A stretch of 62,043 bases of DNA, counting the filler, from Sphacelaria rigidula (taxonomy: Eukaryota): the NCBI GenBank assembly GCA_964200075.2. It is 6 parts of 6 records of this genome, joined end to end, with 100 filler letters (N's around TTAATTAATTAA, not from the genome) between each part and the next. Parts side by side here need not be neighbours in the genome. Positions count along the whole stretch, not along the records: positions 1 to 10,259 come from CAXNAA020006845.1; positions 10,360 to 20,617 come from CAXNAA020006846.1; 4 more parts are not named here. One strand, given 5' to 3'. The position numbers and the translations under genes were made by a program. The stretch's first letter is position 1. Every line of letters starts with the position of its first letter. Below the pieces are notes generated by a model, which was given only the letters and a program-made list of their open reading frames with translations, was not told the DNA's origin and did not search any database. This document shows, in pieces, positions 1 through 11,871 of the stretch.

Positions 1-1391
1 ACGTACAAGCTCCAAAAAGGCACTCTTCCAGATTTTTATTTTCGTCTGTTATCAGGAGCGGCTTGAGAGTGTCATACAGGCTGGTCCGCCTAGCAAGCTC
101 CCTTTATTTCAGCCCGTTCTAACTGACGATGTACCGCGAGTTGTCCCTACTATAACACATCGTGGTAATCGGCATATCAGCGCGTCTTCAAATCCATGTA
201 GCACTGCGATCCGACAAGGTCTCATCAAACAAAATACCAAACTGTCAAGTGCGAAAGTGTATGAGTTGAGGGTACTATGTGCGGCGGCATAAGCCAAAAG
301 AAAACCAGTGACGTCGATTACCTGTGCAGCCGTAATTACCGGTACCAAGTAGGGGGTAAGTAATACATTTTTCAGCGATAATTGGGGTCCGAAATTTTAG
401 CCGCATCCACGGGGTCCCCTTTCTCTGTAGCAGCAGCAGCAGCTCAGCAGCAGCAATTTGCACCCCTACAGCTCGAAACAAAGAGCGGACCGGCATGAGC
501 ATGCACAGCGTTGGGGATTCTTCCTCTTGGGGGAGCCTGGGACCCCGATTCCGTAGAGTCGGATGGTTACATGGGCGAAAGCGACCCCGATGGCATCGAG
601 TCGGAGGGGGGATCGGATTCCGACTCGGATTTGTGGTACGAGTAGCTTTTTTCTTTTGTCTTGCAGTCACTGTTTATTACGGCGTCGATCGGCAGGCGGC
701 AGTGGGGGTTCGCGTTTTGCTCGCAACGTGAAGAGGCTGACGAGTATAGCGGGGGCAGTATGATTCATGGGATACTTTTGGTTGTCATCTCGGAATGCTT
801 TCATCTTGATCGTGTGAGTGTGTGAAGATTGAGAGTTTCTCACAAGATGTGGAAGCGTGGAATGATGGTAGGAGGTATGACGGAAGTCTAAATATATCAA
901 TACTCCGGAGTATAATATATAACATGCACGAACACGCGTCAACTGTGTTGATACATCAACGAATGCTACACATGCATGCACTACATTGATGCATGCTGAA
1001 GACTACATGCTTGTTGGCACACTTACACACACGAAGGTAATCATACGCGCGGGAGCTACCTTTTAATGTCCTTTGCATCGCCATTGTACTGATTTTAGAG
1101 TACAATGATGGAAACCCGGGGATAGGCCCCGGATCATCCCCGAATCTGAGGTAATTAGAGGTAAGAAATAAAAAATGCTAAAGTTAGGTAATTATGGTAA
1201 GTTATTAGTCTGACATGCGGCAATCGTCATCACTGAAGAAAACGGCTGAGAGTGGATTTTCGGTTACAGTCGGTTGTGCCGCGTGGTGCCGCACAAGCTG
1301 TAGCACAATTCCCGAGCTCAATTTTTGGTCGTTTGCGATGAAATTTTGAGTTGATGTACAGGACGTATGTGCAAACAACTCTTCGTTCCTC

Positions 1392-1393
<2 letters not shown>

Positions 1394-1445
<52 letters not shown>
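1394..1445. repeat. (GT)n microsatellite
   Basis: Uninterrupted GT dinucleotide run. Confidence 0.97.
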
Positions 1446-1452
<7 letters not shown>

Positions 1453-1999
1453 TTTTCTTCGGAGACTCATTGGCGACGGGACATTCAGAACATTTTGCCG
1501 GAACAAAATCACCAATAATTCACAAAGAAAGAAAAAAACAAACAGGGGGGGGTAAGAAGGGGTCGTCGCACACACGTCCTGTGCATTGTGTCAAAATTTC
1601 ATCTACAACAGCTTGAAATTGAATAGCATAAATGCGTTTGAAATATTCGTGACTGGCCCATCTCCATATACTATAGTAACCAGTTGTCGACGGAATGACG
1701 CGAGTCGTGCGCTCAATTTTGAATCGCTTTCGAGGAAATTTTGACACGATGTACAGGGCGTGTGTGCGAAGATCAAACCTTTCCCCCCACGTTTTTTTTC
1801 GTACGTGAGTTATTGGCGACGGAACATTTCAGGACAGTTTTTCGGAACAAAATTGCCAATAACTCACGAAGAAAAAAAAGAAAAGCATAGGGGGAAAGGT
1901 TAGGTACTCGCACATACATCCTGCATACAGTATCGTGTCAAAATTTCATCGAAAACAATCCGAAATTTAGCGCACGACTCGCGTTTCAACATTCCTGGC

Positions 2000-2900
2000 A
2001 CAACGCCCATACATAGGGATGAACTTTTATAGTGAAATGTGAAATTCAACCAATCAGAGGCCCTCCAGTGAGGAATCGGCGGAATCTAGCGCCGATAAAA
2101 TGCGATCTTCGTAGTGAAATATGTAGTCAAAAATGCTTGTGGTTGGCTCGCAGGCTCGCTGTAGTGTACGCCGAGATGGATAGAACAGCAGAGGAACAGA
2201 GCTGCAAGCAGACAAGCAGACAGCAAGTGGTATATTGCCGCCGCAGTGGGTCATTGCGACGCTCGTGTATCAGTATATCACCATCTTAGTACTCGTATGG
2301 CTGGTTGTGTCTTCTCGTGGCCGCGAGCGCTGGCGCCGATGCCAACGGCAGCAGCCGTCATGCTGACGGCTGCAAGCAGTACCCTGACGGTGCAGTATAT
2401 CCGCACTACTGTGCTGTGCGTTGCTCCTTTCATTGCAGCATGGGGTCTGGCCCAGCCGGTCGAGCGGTGTATGCTGGTGCTGGTTGTGTGCCTTTACCCA
2501 GCCATGTTCTCTATCGCGCGAGTGATGTCCGGGGGGTCCGGGTAACATGAACTTTTCAACAGTCAAGTGTGTTGACCGCGCTGCGTCCCGACCGATACTA
2601 TAGATTACAGACACGAACACAACAATACAGTACATCAAGCAATCTCAGCGGAGACCAAACCGTCTTTGCAAGTTCTTAACACACCACAGAACAGTGATAG
2701 CTGCAGCACATGAGAGCGGACGTGAGTGTGTTTGTGCTGCAGTATAGTGAAACAAGACATGTTTTATGTTTTAGTTCTTCGGCTGATTTTAAACGGGCCC
2801 TCCGTCTGTGCAGGGTGCCGATCTTGAACGCTCGGACATGATCGCGCTTCGCGCAAATAATTCACTTTACTACAACATTATCCCCATGTATGAGTGCTGT
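2000..2900. repeat. Dispersed repeat family copy (paralog at about 55085-56730)
   Basis: Long colinear similarity to contig 6, e.g. gtgaaatgtgaa..tcaaccaatcaga...cagtgaggaatcggcggaatctagcgcc and gcgagcgctggcgccgatgcca. Confidence 0.85.
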
Positions 2901-3277
2901 GCCACATTCCTGGTGGCATCTTGGGGGCCCCAGCTTGTATCAGGCCGTGTCTTATCAAATTGTTTTGGTGTCGAAAACGTGCGGTCGAATCGAATTCGCT
3001 CGTTTCTGATTCGTCCACGCTACTAATTTTCTGAGATGGTTGAGAACATGAATGCCGTGGACGTATCAGGTACGAGCAAATATGATTCCACCGTACGTTT
3101 TCGAGTCAAAAACAATTTGATAAGAGACGGCCTCAGAAACATGACAGAAAAGGCAAACATATGAAAAAAATGGCAATTTGTCACATGGTCCTGCCGGATA
3201 ATGGCGTACGAAGTAAGGTCATACGAATGCCTACAGTACAAGTTCCACCACTACTGTACTGTTGAATGCTAACGTAC

Positions 3278-3670
3278 CGGGGTTTGCATATTCGTATGTT
3301 CGGAGAGGGCGGTCCGCACCTTTCTCGCATCTACAGTTGTTTTCCGTGCTATTTTCAAACACAGTCATGATTCAAACTGGGGAACAGTACAGAGAGTGAG
3401 TATATAATATATGACATACACTACACTCCAAGCCTCTTATTTACCAACACGCGACACTGGAACGTCATTTGCGAAGTACTCACCGGATAATGTGACGGTT
3501 CTAGTGGCTTCATCTGCCGACAACATGCTGAACGAGTCTCCGAGCACGTACTTGCAGCGCCGACACAGAAATACAAGGGGATTGGGCATGCGCTCTTCCC
3601 AGGACCCGTTTCCTCTCGCACTATCATCTTTTGGTTTTGCCGTCCGCTGTTGTGGCTCTTCTAACATCAT
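3278..3670 (-). CDS. Mis18/Yippee-family zinc-binding protein, 5' exons only (gene runs off the contig to the left)
   Basis: Exon 1 (3670-3484) encodes MMLEEPQ...MPNPLVFLCRRCKYVLGDSFSMLSADEATRTVTLS. This matches the Mis18/Yippee N-terminal motif PLVFxCxxCxxxLGDS and ends at a GTGAGT donor. A tentative phase-compatible exon 2 lies at 3348-3278 (ARKTTVDARKVRTALSEHTNMQTP, donor GTACGT). The second CxxC was not found in the contig. Confidence 0.75.
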
Positions 3671-4226
3671 GCAGTATAGAGGGGGAAAACTAGAACGGTC
3701 AGTGAGATGTTGTGCTTAGAGCCCAAATATCGGGTCAGCTGGTGGTGAGAAGGTGCAGAGAGCGAGAGCGACGATTGCGGGGAGGTGTAGGATGCGATCT
3801 TCCCGAGCCCCCAGATTGTTGTTCAGTTCGAAATATGAAATATTGAATATTGCGAATCGCGTTTTTTCGTCATAATCGAGAGCAGTGCGGGTCTGCGAAG
3901 GTACCATGATACTTTGGTTGGTAACGGCTTTACATTACTCTGCTGTCTGTACTCTAGTATTGTCCGATAACAGTGACACAACAGTGACAGTGAAGCCCCT
4001 CGAACACCTACGGTCGCTGTCCCCAGCAGTTCTGGGTGCTCGCCACACCGTGGGTACTACACAGCACACGATACCCCCACTCCGGTCGCCGGTGAATTCA
4101 CTATCGGCGTTGGAGCGAAGAGGATTGGAACCGGAAGTAAGCCGATAGGAATCTTTTCCGGGGCGAAGTTGTACCAAATACCGTTTATGCGAGATACGCT
4201 AGTGAGGCCGCAGCCCAAGACAATCC
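3671..4226. promoter_or_regulatory. Putative bidirectional promoter region between the divergent Mis18-like and AGC kinase genes
   Basis: The start codons at 3670 (-) and 4227 (+) are only 556 nt apart, head-to-head, and no repeat was recognised between them. Confidence 0.5.
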
Positions 4227-7200
4227 ATGGGGTGCTCAGATGGCGAGGCGATTGCGGCACCAAATATTGCGGGAGCGGGCGGAAGCCGGGCTCATCATGG
4301 GGGGGATGCGGGCTGCGCGGTGGCCCCAATGTCGCAGCGGCGTCGGCGTGCCTTGACGGGGGGGAAGCGGCGATCGGCGAGGCGCGGGCCGGAGGACTTC
4401 GAAACATTGTCTTTGATCGGGCAAGGCAGTGCGGCTCTTGTATACCTTGTGAGATGCAAACGCACGGGAGAAGTGTCGGCGTTGAAGGTGTGTTTTCAGT
4501 GAACTCTCGCATGTGTGGTGCTTCGTGTGTACCATTCGTATCCCGAGCGTCTGGGCCGGAACGTATGCTGTTCTACCGCGTGCCGCAGCTAGGTTGGTAG
4601 GCAGTCGCCGTCCGTTGGTGTTTTCCTGGTACGCACCGCACGTGGTATACTCAAGTCTGTCTCAAGTTTCGATTGCGGCGCCCTTGGGTAAAGTGAACAC
4701 TGAGTGCCTACAGAAGCACAGAATGTTAAACATGTGCCCTGTATCCTGTTTTGCTTTACACCACTTCATGTAGGTCTTGATCCGTCTAACTCGCTCGTAA
4801 TCTTCTGCGTCATCTCTCTTGTTACCCGTGGACAGCTCATCCACTGAATTCTTGCGAGGGACCCTCCACGATTTTACTCCCGGCACATGCATATCCTCGG
4901 GCATGTTCATGTAGCCTGAGATTTGCCGAGTTTTCCAGACACACCTGACCGCGACAAGGCAAAACTTATGTTCGGTCTAGTGGTTCACCACCGAACAAAA
5001 GGGAGAGATCGTCCACTGTTCCAAATTTCTTATTTCGCACAAAGTATGTGAAAAGCCAAGAATAGAATCCTCGACAGCTGCTTTCTGTCGTGGTTTTTGA
5101 ATTTACAACCCTCTTTCCACATGGGGCCTCTCGTATGTCAGCCCCCCCACCCCCTACCCCCCTCCTCGCCCGCACTGCTCCCGCCAACCCCGTGTACAAA
5201 AACTCGTCGTCGTATGCATGTATCTGAATCGCCATATGCATGTGTGCGACCGTTCTGTAGGTCCAGCGGAAGGCAGACCACAAGCGGTGTGCCGACCGCG
5301 TGCAAATGGAGCGGGAAGTTATGGTTGACGCAAGGCACCCGTTCGTAGCCCCTTTGCATCAAGCCTTCCAGGACTCGCTGTACCTCTACCTGCACATGGA
5401 GTACTGCACGGGTGGCTCCCTCGACCTCTTTGTTCGGTAAGTATACACACACGAGGCAGAAGGGCGGGAGCAGGGGGGGGGGAGGTTCTTCTCGAGCCTT
5501 GTTCCAGTTCTTGAGGGCGGGTTATTGTCGGTGTATACTTGTAGACAGGTGTGTCGTGTGTCGAGTGTCCTGGCCCAGTACTGTCTGTATAGGTGTTGAT
5601 GTTGGAGGGTTCTGACCTTCCGTGTCGCCACTATACTGAAATGGATAACAAATGTCGTCATCTGGCTTCCTGTCGTTTGTAGTTGGTGCAACTGTTGACG
5701 TCAACTTGGTAATGGAATGACGTTTATTGCGACGCGGGGTGTTGTGTTCTAATCCTGTTAGACACCCCGTAGCGAGCCTAGCAGCTCTGCCCTCCAAAAT
5801 GCACTGCTCTTTCTGTTTCCTGTTGGTTCTCGATATGTTCATAGAGAAGGCCATATAGTCGTGATGTGGGGTTTCATGTGTCTGCCTTTCCGGGTAGAAG
5901 CAGATGCACTAACTCCTTGACCACCAATTTGGTTCAAATATTCAATATTTGATGTAAAGAAATCACAGCAACACGTGGAGCCAGTGTCGCTCATGTGGGG
6001 CGAACCATGCTTTTGGCGCAATATTGAACAAACTTGATGCCGCTGGTGCACGTTACGCGAAACGAATGACGTCAACTCTATCTTCTTTCAAAGAACTTGG
6101 GCGGCCCACGACGCTATGAATATCGCGCATCAGGCGTCTACGTGAATTCCTGTACTTTCGCGGCATTACGCACCAAACAGTATAGCACAGCCAGTACAGT
6201 AGTTCAGTAGTAGTATAATGGTTTTTGGCGTTCCGTTTTTGCAGTGGTGCACGGGACATCATGGGTAGCAGCTGAGCGTCCAAAGGGAAGTTCGCTATTT
6301 GGTGAAACTGTAGATCTCTGCCTCAGCGTTCGAAAAAAACGTGCTTACGTTGCCGAAACTGTTGTCTGCAGACATTTCGTTCAGCGGAATCTTACGGAAG
6401 ACGAAGCTCGTTTCTACGCAGCCGAGATAACGCTTGGACTGGAGTTTCTCCACTCAAAAGGTATACAGTACTTGTATGGGCGTGAAACATCGAATGTTGT
6501 ACTGTCGACAGGTGCATTGGTACGCCCCCCAATCCAAGTCGAGGCGGGGCGGGGCGACTCTTGCTCCATCAATACTTTTTTACCGGCGATACGTAAATGA
6601 GAGCGGCTTCCTTTGTATCCAACATACAAGCCCCCAAATGAGAGGTACAGTATTTCAAAACTCGAAGTTCCTGACATGTTCGTGTGTAAATTACGATGAA
6701 ATGTGTAATCTATTTCGAGTTGAGATGCCTCTGTAAAAACATGGTACGACCCTCATGTAGCATGTGAAACCTCTGCTTTGAACGTCAAGGTCCAGACGTT
6801 GTAAATGGTGAGTTACGTTAACCCGTTGACCATGATCATGGGCTGTCTGTTGAATTAGCATCAATTTCATTTCAAATATGTCCATATGACAACGAGACGG
6901 CCTACCCTCGCGTCAAAGGGTTAAATCCTCCAGGAGGGTAGGCCAGGGTAGGTCATCTGTTGAATCGGCATCACCCATCACATGAAAAACTACTGCTTGA
7001 CCCAGATGACCTACCCTACAAGTCAAAAGGTTTACCTCTTAGGTCAACTCTTATGGGAGCGTTTGAAATTTTACTTTGCAACGATTTCAGAGGAGTTTTT
7101 TTTTCTCTGCCATCATGGTGAACGGGCACAAAATACACAACTACGGCCAAGAAAGAAAGAAGTCGTTCAAAATCATTGCCAAAATAAAATTCTAAACGCT

Positions 7201-10200
7201 CCCATAAAAGTTGGCCTTAGACTGCGAGAGTAGGTCATCAGTTGAATCGGAATAAATTTCACCTGAAAAGAGTGCATCATCCCGATGGAGCTGCCCTCGC
7301 GATCCGAGTGTTGACCCTCAGACCGCGGTGCGGGTAATCCATCTGGATCATGCATACTTTTTTCAAGTGAATATTGATGCGGATTCAGCAGGTGACCTAC
7401 CCTCGTTGTCAAAGGGTTACCCATTGGACCGCGAGGAGGGTAGTCCATCGGGATTGGGCATATACTTTTTTTACTTGAATTGATGCCGATTCAACAGGTG
7501 TGCTCTCGTCGTTTAACTCTTAGACCGCGAGATTGGTCTTTCTGGATCATGCATACTTTTTTTCACTTGAAAATGATGCCGATTCAACAGAAGACTAACC
7601 TCGCGGTGTAAGGGTTAGGGTAAAGTGGTACTATACCCAGAGTGTTGCACTTCCAACGCATATCTCTTGTCACGCAGATAGTTCTTGCCGATGCCATCCA
7701 TCCCTTCGTATCCCCCGTGTCAACCCTCCGTCTACATGCTCAGGCCATGCTTTCTGTCGTGCCTTGTTCATTTACATGCATAAATCTTGATTTTTCCCCG
7801 ATGTGTTCAGGATTCGTGTATCGAGACCTGAAGGCCGCCAACGTCCTGGTGGCTGGATCAGGGCACATAAAGTTGACCGACTTCGGTAAGTGCATGCACC
7901 ATCCGACCAGACAGTAGGGCAGAGATAATGTTCCCCGTACCGAGGCGCTTCAGCTTTGGCTGTACGTCGATGCAGTTTTCAGTTTTCTCCCTTGACGGTA
8001 CTGCTTGTCATGGCGTTGCCTAGACATATATATTCGGCTGCTTGCTTCTTTTGCCGCCCGCTTGTTGACAAGCAATGCGATGGTCAAATAGTCCAACTGA
8101 CACCATTCAGGGTGGAAATGACGTGAGGTCGATTTCCGCTAGATGTGCTTGGGTTCTTTTTCCTCACCCAATATCTGTTTTCCGCCATGACAAGCATGAG
8201 GACGTCAGAGGCAAAAATAGTTCATTTGTTTGACGGAGTTTGGTTCGAGAAGAGTCGACACAGTGCGGGAGTGCTGACGGTCATGATCCAATCGCGAGAC
8301 CGAAAATGCGAAGCTCGCACAGGGTTAGAGATGGACTGATCCCTTGAGCTATGAAAATGTCCCAAGGAAGGGAGAGGGGTTGAAAATGTCACGAAAAAAA
8401 TAAGATGACTTCGCAGTAATGTATAGTGTACATCATCGGCAACAGTGTGTCCGACCGTGAAACTGTTCTACATGCATCTCATCGGAATGATACGGACGTC
8501 CAACTTCATTCGCTTTTTTGCTGTTTGACGTTGATTCGTGGGAATCATCGTTCCCCCGCACACCTCCTGCAGGCATAGCGGAACGTGGCAACGTGAAGAT
8601 AGAGACAGCAGACAAGATGCACGCCGAGTCGCCCGCCTCAGAATCATGGCCCTTACCGCGGATACAGTCAACTCCTCGACTGCAACAGGTGACACCGGCG
8701 TTTCTTGTCCAAGTTACAGTCGCTAGTCAGTATAGCCGCCCTGTCCTCGTTTTTTTAGAACTGGACAAGTAGTTTGCAGCACATTGCGTAGAACATTATC
8801 TACTCCACAGGGCGCAAATATGCGCACCGGAGTCGAACTTTAAAAACAACAACAATTTCTCGGGGTTTTCGGTCACGACGACTCATAACAATTCATGTTT
8901 GATCTCAATCATTGAGAAGCGAGAGAGAGACAGACATGAGTACCACTGAATTCGGACAGGTTCTCTGGGGCTGCTCCTTATGACGACCGAGACGAAGTCT
9001 TGCGGAAATACCTTCTTGGTCTCTCTTCGTTTTCTGCTCTACAAGAGAGCTAGGCCGAGTTTGACACCTTGGAATGGCTTGCTCTACCCGTTGCGACAGT
9101 TCCAGGAAATCTTCGCGTTTTTCGGTGGCCACAGTTGATATTTTGGCTAAACAAGCGTTCTTGTCCAGAGACTGTCAAGTACAGAGAACAATGGTAGTTT
9201 TCTCTAGATTTGACCTTCTTATTAACCGTTCTTATAAACCATTCTTGACAGTTCTTCGATGAAAATACACCTATGGCTAAGAAGAAACAGTGCGTCCATC
9301 GGAAAATGTATAGATGTTCTGGAGCCGTCTCAGCAAGTACAGTCATTGCAAGGTGTCGAACTCCGTCTACCTCTATTCCAGGTTGTAAAACGATGAAGAA
9401 GGACGAAAATATGATTTTCACAGGGCTTTTTTTTCGTGTGGTACAGAGAGCGGCCTGAGCACGTCCTGCTTTTCTTTCCCACGCCTCACGCCTCCTGACT
9501 CTCAAACTTTCGAGTGAAGGTGAAACCGCCTGTGAAGAAATCCCGGTTGAGTAAAAGGTGTAGACTTGTGCACAAAAAACAATGTTTTCGTGAGATTGAA
9601 AGTAGGGGAAACAATTGAAAGTGAAAATCAGTCATCTCGTGAATGTATTGTCCAGTTCCGAAATACCCTCCCACGAGACCCGAAATGCCTCCCGTAGTAG
9701 CTTGCAACTGAGGCGCTTGATATCCCCGAGTAGGATATGGACGTGCAGCTGCGAGCACACGCTATACGAGTGGTGGAGGCGAAGAAAAGCACACGGAATG
9801 AAGAAATGGCTAGGTCGAAGCGAATGACTAGAGCCACTCTCAGTCAGTTCTCTACTCTCAATCTCACGAACACGTTGTTAGAAGCGGTTTGGTGAAGATG
9901 CAGCGTCGGTGCAGTACACAGTAAGTACAAGAGGCAGCAGTTGAATCCGTTTCCCCCAAGGGCTCCCCAAAGCCCGTGAGTGCACTGTGCGTAGAATGTA
10001 CCCACCGCGCAAAACCCTGCGGTTTACTCGAAGCAAATCTCTCCTGCTTTGACCGTTCGTTCTGCAGGTATCGCACGAGATACCGCGAACTCCTCCGCCG
10101 CTTGCTGCCGCTCGGCAGTCTATTGGACCCGGAATTTCCCCGCCCCCCTCCGCCGTGCCTACCCCACTCTGCCCGGCGCAGCAACACGCAACAGTCTCGT

Positions 10201-10259
10201 GTACGAGTTCGGCGCAGTCCCAGCGGGGGTCTGGAACCGCTTACACGGGTGACTGCCGC
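4227..10259 (+). CDS. AGC-group Ser/Thr protein kinase, N-terminal part (truncated by contig end)
   Basis: Phase-consistent GT-AG exons: 4227-4487 (MGC...GPEDFETLSLIGQGSAALVYLVRCKRTGEVSALK), 5261-5436 (...MEREVMVDARHPFVAPLHQAFQDSLYLYLHMEYCTGGSL), 6372-6460 (LTEDEARFYAAEITLGLEFLHSKG), 7811-7885 (FVYRDLKAANVLVAGSGHIKLTDFG), 8573-8688 (IAERGNVKIET...) and a probable exon from 10068 to the contig end. The ARFYAAE, HPF and YRDLK motifs are AGC hallmarks. Confidence 0.93.
6818..7618. mobile_element. Cluster of short piggyBac-like MITEs in kinase intron 3
   Basis: Unit 6822-6920 reads TTAA|CCCGTTGACC...CGTCAAAGGG|TTAA. Further related units of about 100 nt lie near 7215, 7313, 7420 and 7514, sharing gaccgcg, gattcaacag/ctgttgaatc and aagggtta ends. 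Confidence 0.7.
8967..9456. mobile_element. Degenerate copy of the foldback MITE family
   Basis: Shares taggc.gagtttgacaccttggaatg.cttgctc and the ...gagcggcct terminus with the 38997-39482 palindrome. Confidence 0.7.
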
Positions 10260-10359
10260 NNNNNNNNNNNNNNNNNNNNNNNNNNNNNNNNNNNNNNNNN
10301 NNNTTAATTAATTAANNNNNNNNNNNNNNNNNNNNNNNNNNNNNNNNNNNNNNNNNNNN
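10260..10359. other. Artificial contig linker (N44-TTAATTAATTAA-N44)
   Basis: 100-nt spacer with stop codons in all six frames. Identical spacers lie at 20618-20717, 30976-31075, 41333-41432 and 51689-51788. Confidence 0.98.
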
Positions 10360-11871
10360 TTTTGTAGAGATGCGAGGTCAATGGTCTTATGGCTATGGCA
10401 TGCATGATCATGAGTACACCCCCCCCCCCACCCCGCCCCCAAAGTGGCTGGTTTGCGGGGGCAAAACTCTTCACGTAAATCGAAATAATAAGCCAAGCAC
10501 AACGAGCACCTGGAAATTCTCACGCTTGGGTTCGTTTCGCCGATGTCGCCCATGTGAGGCGCTTCATGCAGCCTGAAACCAAACATCAGGCGCTGTTGAC
10601 CATTTTTTCGTGACAACTTTGGGCTGGTTTTTTGGGGGGTGGAGTGGGGTGGGGGGTATCGTAAAAGACTCTGAGCACGACACGAGCGTAATGGCGCAAA
10701 ACCCCCCAACCCCCCAACAACGACCATCACCCCGTCGTTCAGGCACGGTGTTCCAAACCCTTGTTTCTCGACGAAAGCGGCCCAATCGCGACGCCTTAAA
10801 ATAAGCACATAGAAACCGTTTGATAGGAGTGCCGTTTGGGGTGTTCATTGCCGCTATATATATTTGAAATACTAGGAGGAGAGATTCACTGTCCAGGGGT
10901 GTGTTATTAACCGTCAGGTAAACAAGTTGGAGCGAAGTGAAAATGGGAAGATCGTCCCAACGGCTCGTCGTCGATGTGTAGCGGCGGCAATATAGCAGCG
11001 GCACAGGCGTGTTCGAAGCAAACCCGACGCAAGACTAACATGACAGTCATTCATGATTGTTGATTGCGCATCAAATCAGTAGACCTGACCACAACTTAGT
11101 TGTCTCTCCACGTGTGTGCGGTCTCTACAGTACCTCTGCTGCAACGTAATCTTACTGCGCTACGACCATGTGCACTCCGGTACTGTGCACGTAACTGACA
11201 GTTGGTTTATACAGGCAGACACGAAAAAAACAATTTCCTCATCAATACCCCCATCTTGTATACCTCTCGTTGTGCTAGGGTGTCAATGTCGGATGTTTCG
11301 CTGACCATGGCTGCGAGATTGCAGCAGTTTCCGTTGGTGACCAGCGGAATCCGCGCGAACAACCTGGACGAATACTCGTACTCACTGTAATTTGACCGCA
11401 ACAACGCCTCCGTGCACCACATTCGTCGCGCAGCGGTCAGTGTTTCGCCCGACTTAGTGTCACGTTCTTCATCACCACCCGAAAACAAGGCGCGGCGGAC
11501 TCACAGAAGCGGACAGAGCACGAAATAACCGTGGTGCTGGTGCATAGCGGCATTTTTTCTGTTAATTCATGTCTTCAACGCAGTCTGGCCCATTTCCACC
11601 CAATACAGCTCACAAACCAGCGAAGGATACCTCCCCCAAAGAAGCTCCGACAGATATTTATATGTGTACAATCCATCAAGTCTTTTTCCAACTGTCCGCC
11701 CGGCAGGACAATGACATGATACTTGCATGATATCCTGTTTGCGGTGCGCATTCCACATGAAAGAGTCCAGCGAACTTTGCCCACGATGGTGGATAACACC
11801 TTGATACAGCAAGAGCATGTTGCATGAATAGGCTCGGGATTGTCTTCGAGATCTCGAAGATAGGAGTTGAC

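Noticed and set aside
1318..1616. ORFs with (HT)n, (CV)n runs, and similarly (NP)n at 58227-58727 and poly-G/P at 39751-40013
   Set aside because: These are translations of microsatellite, telomeric or homopolymer tracts.
10304..10315. TTAATTAATTAA recurring about every 10.36 kb as a periodic biological motif
   Set aside because: It is always embedded in N runs and is a six-frame-stop concatenation linker.
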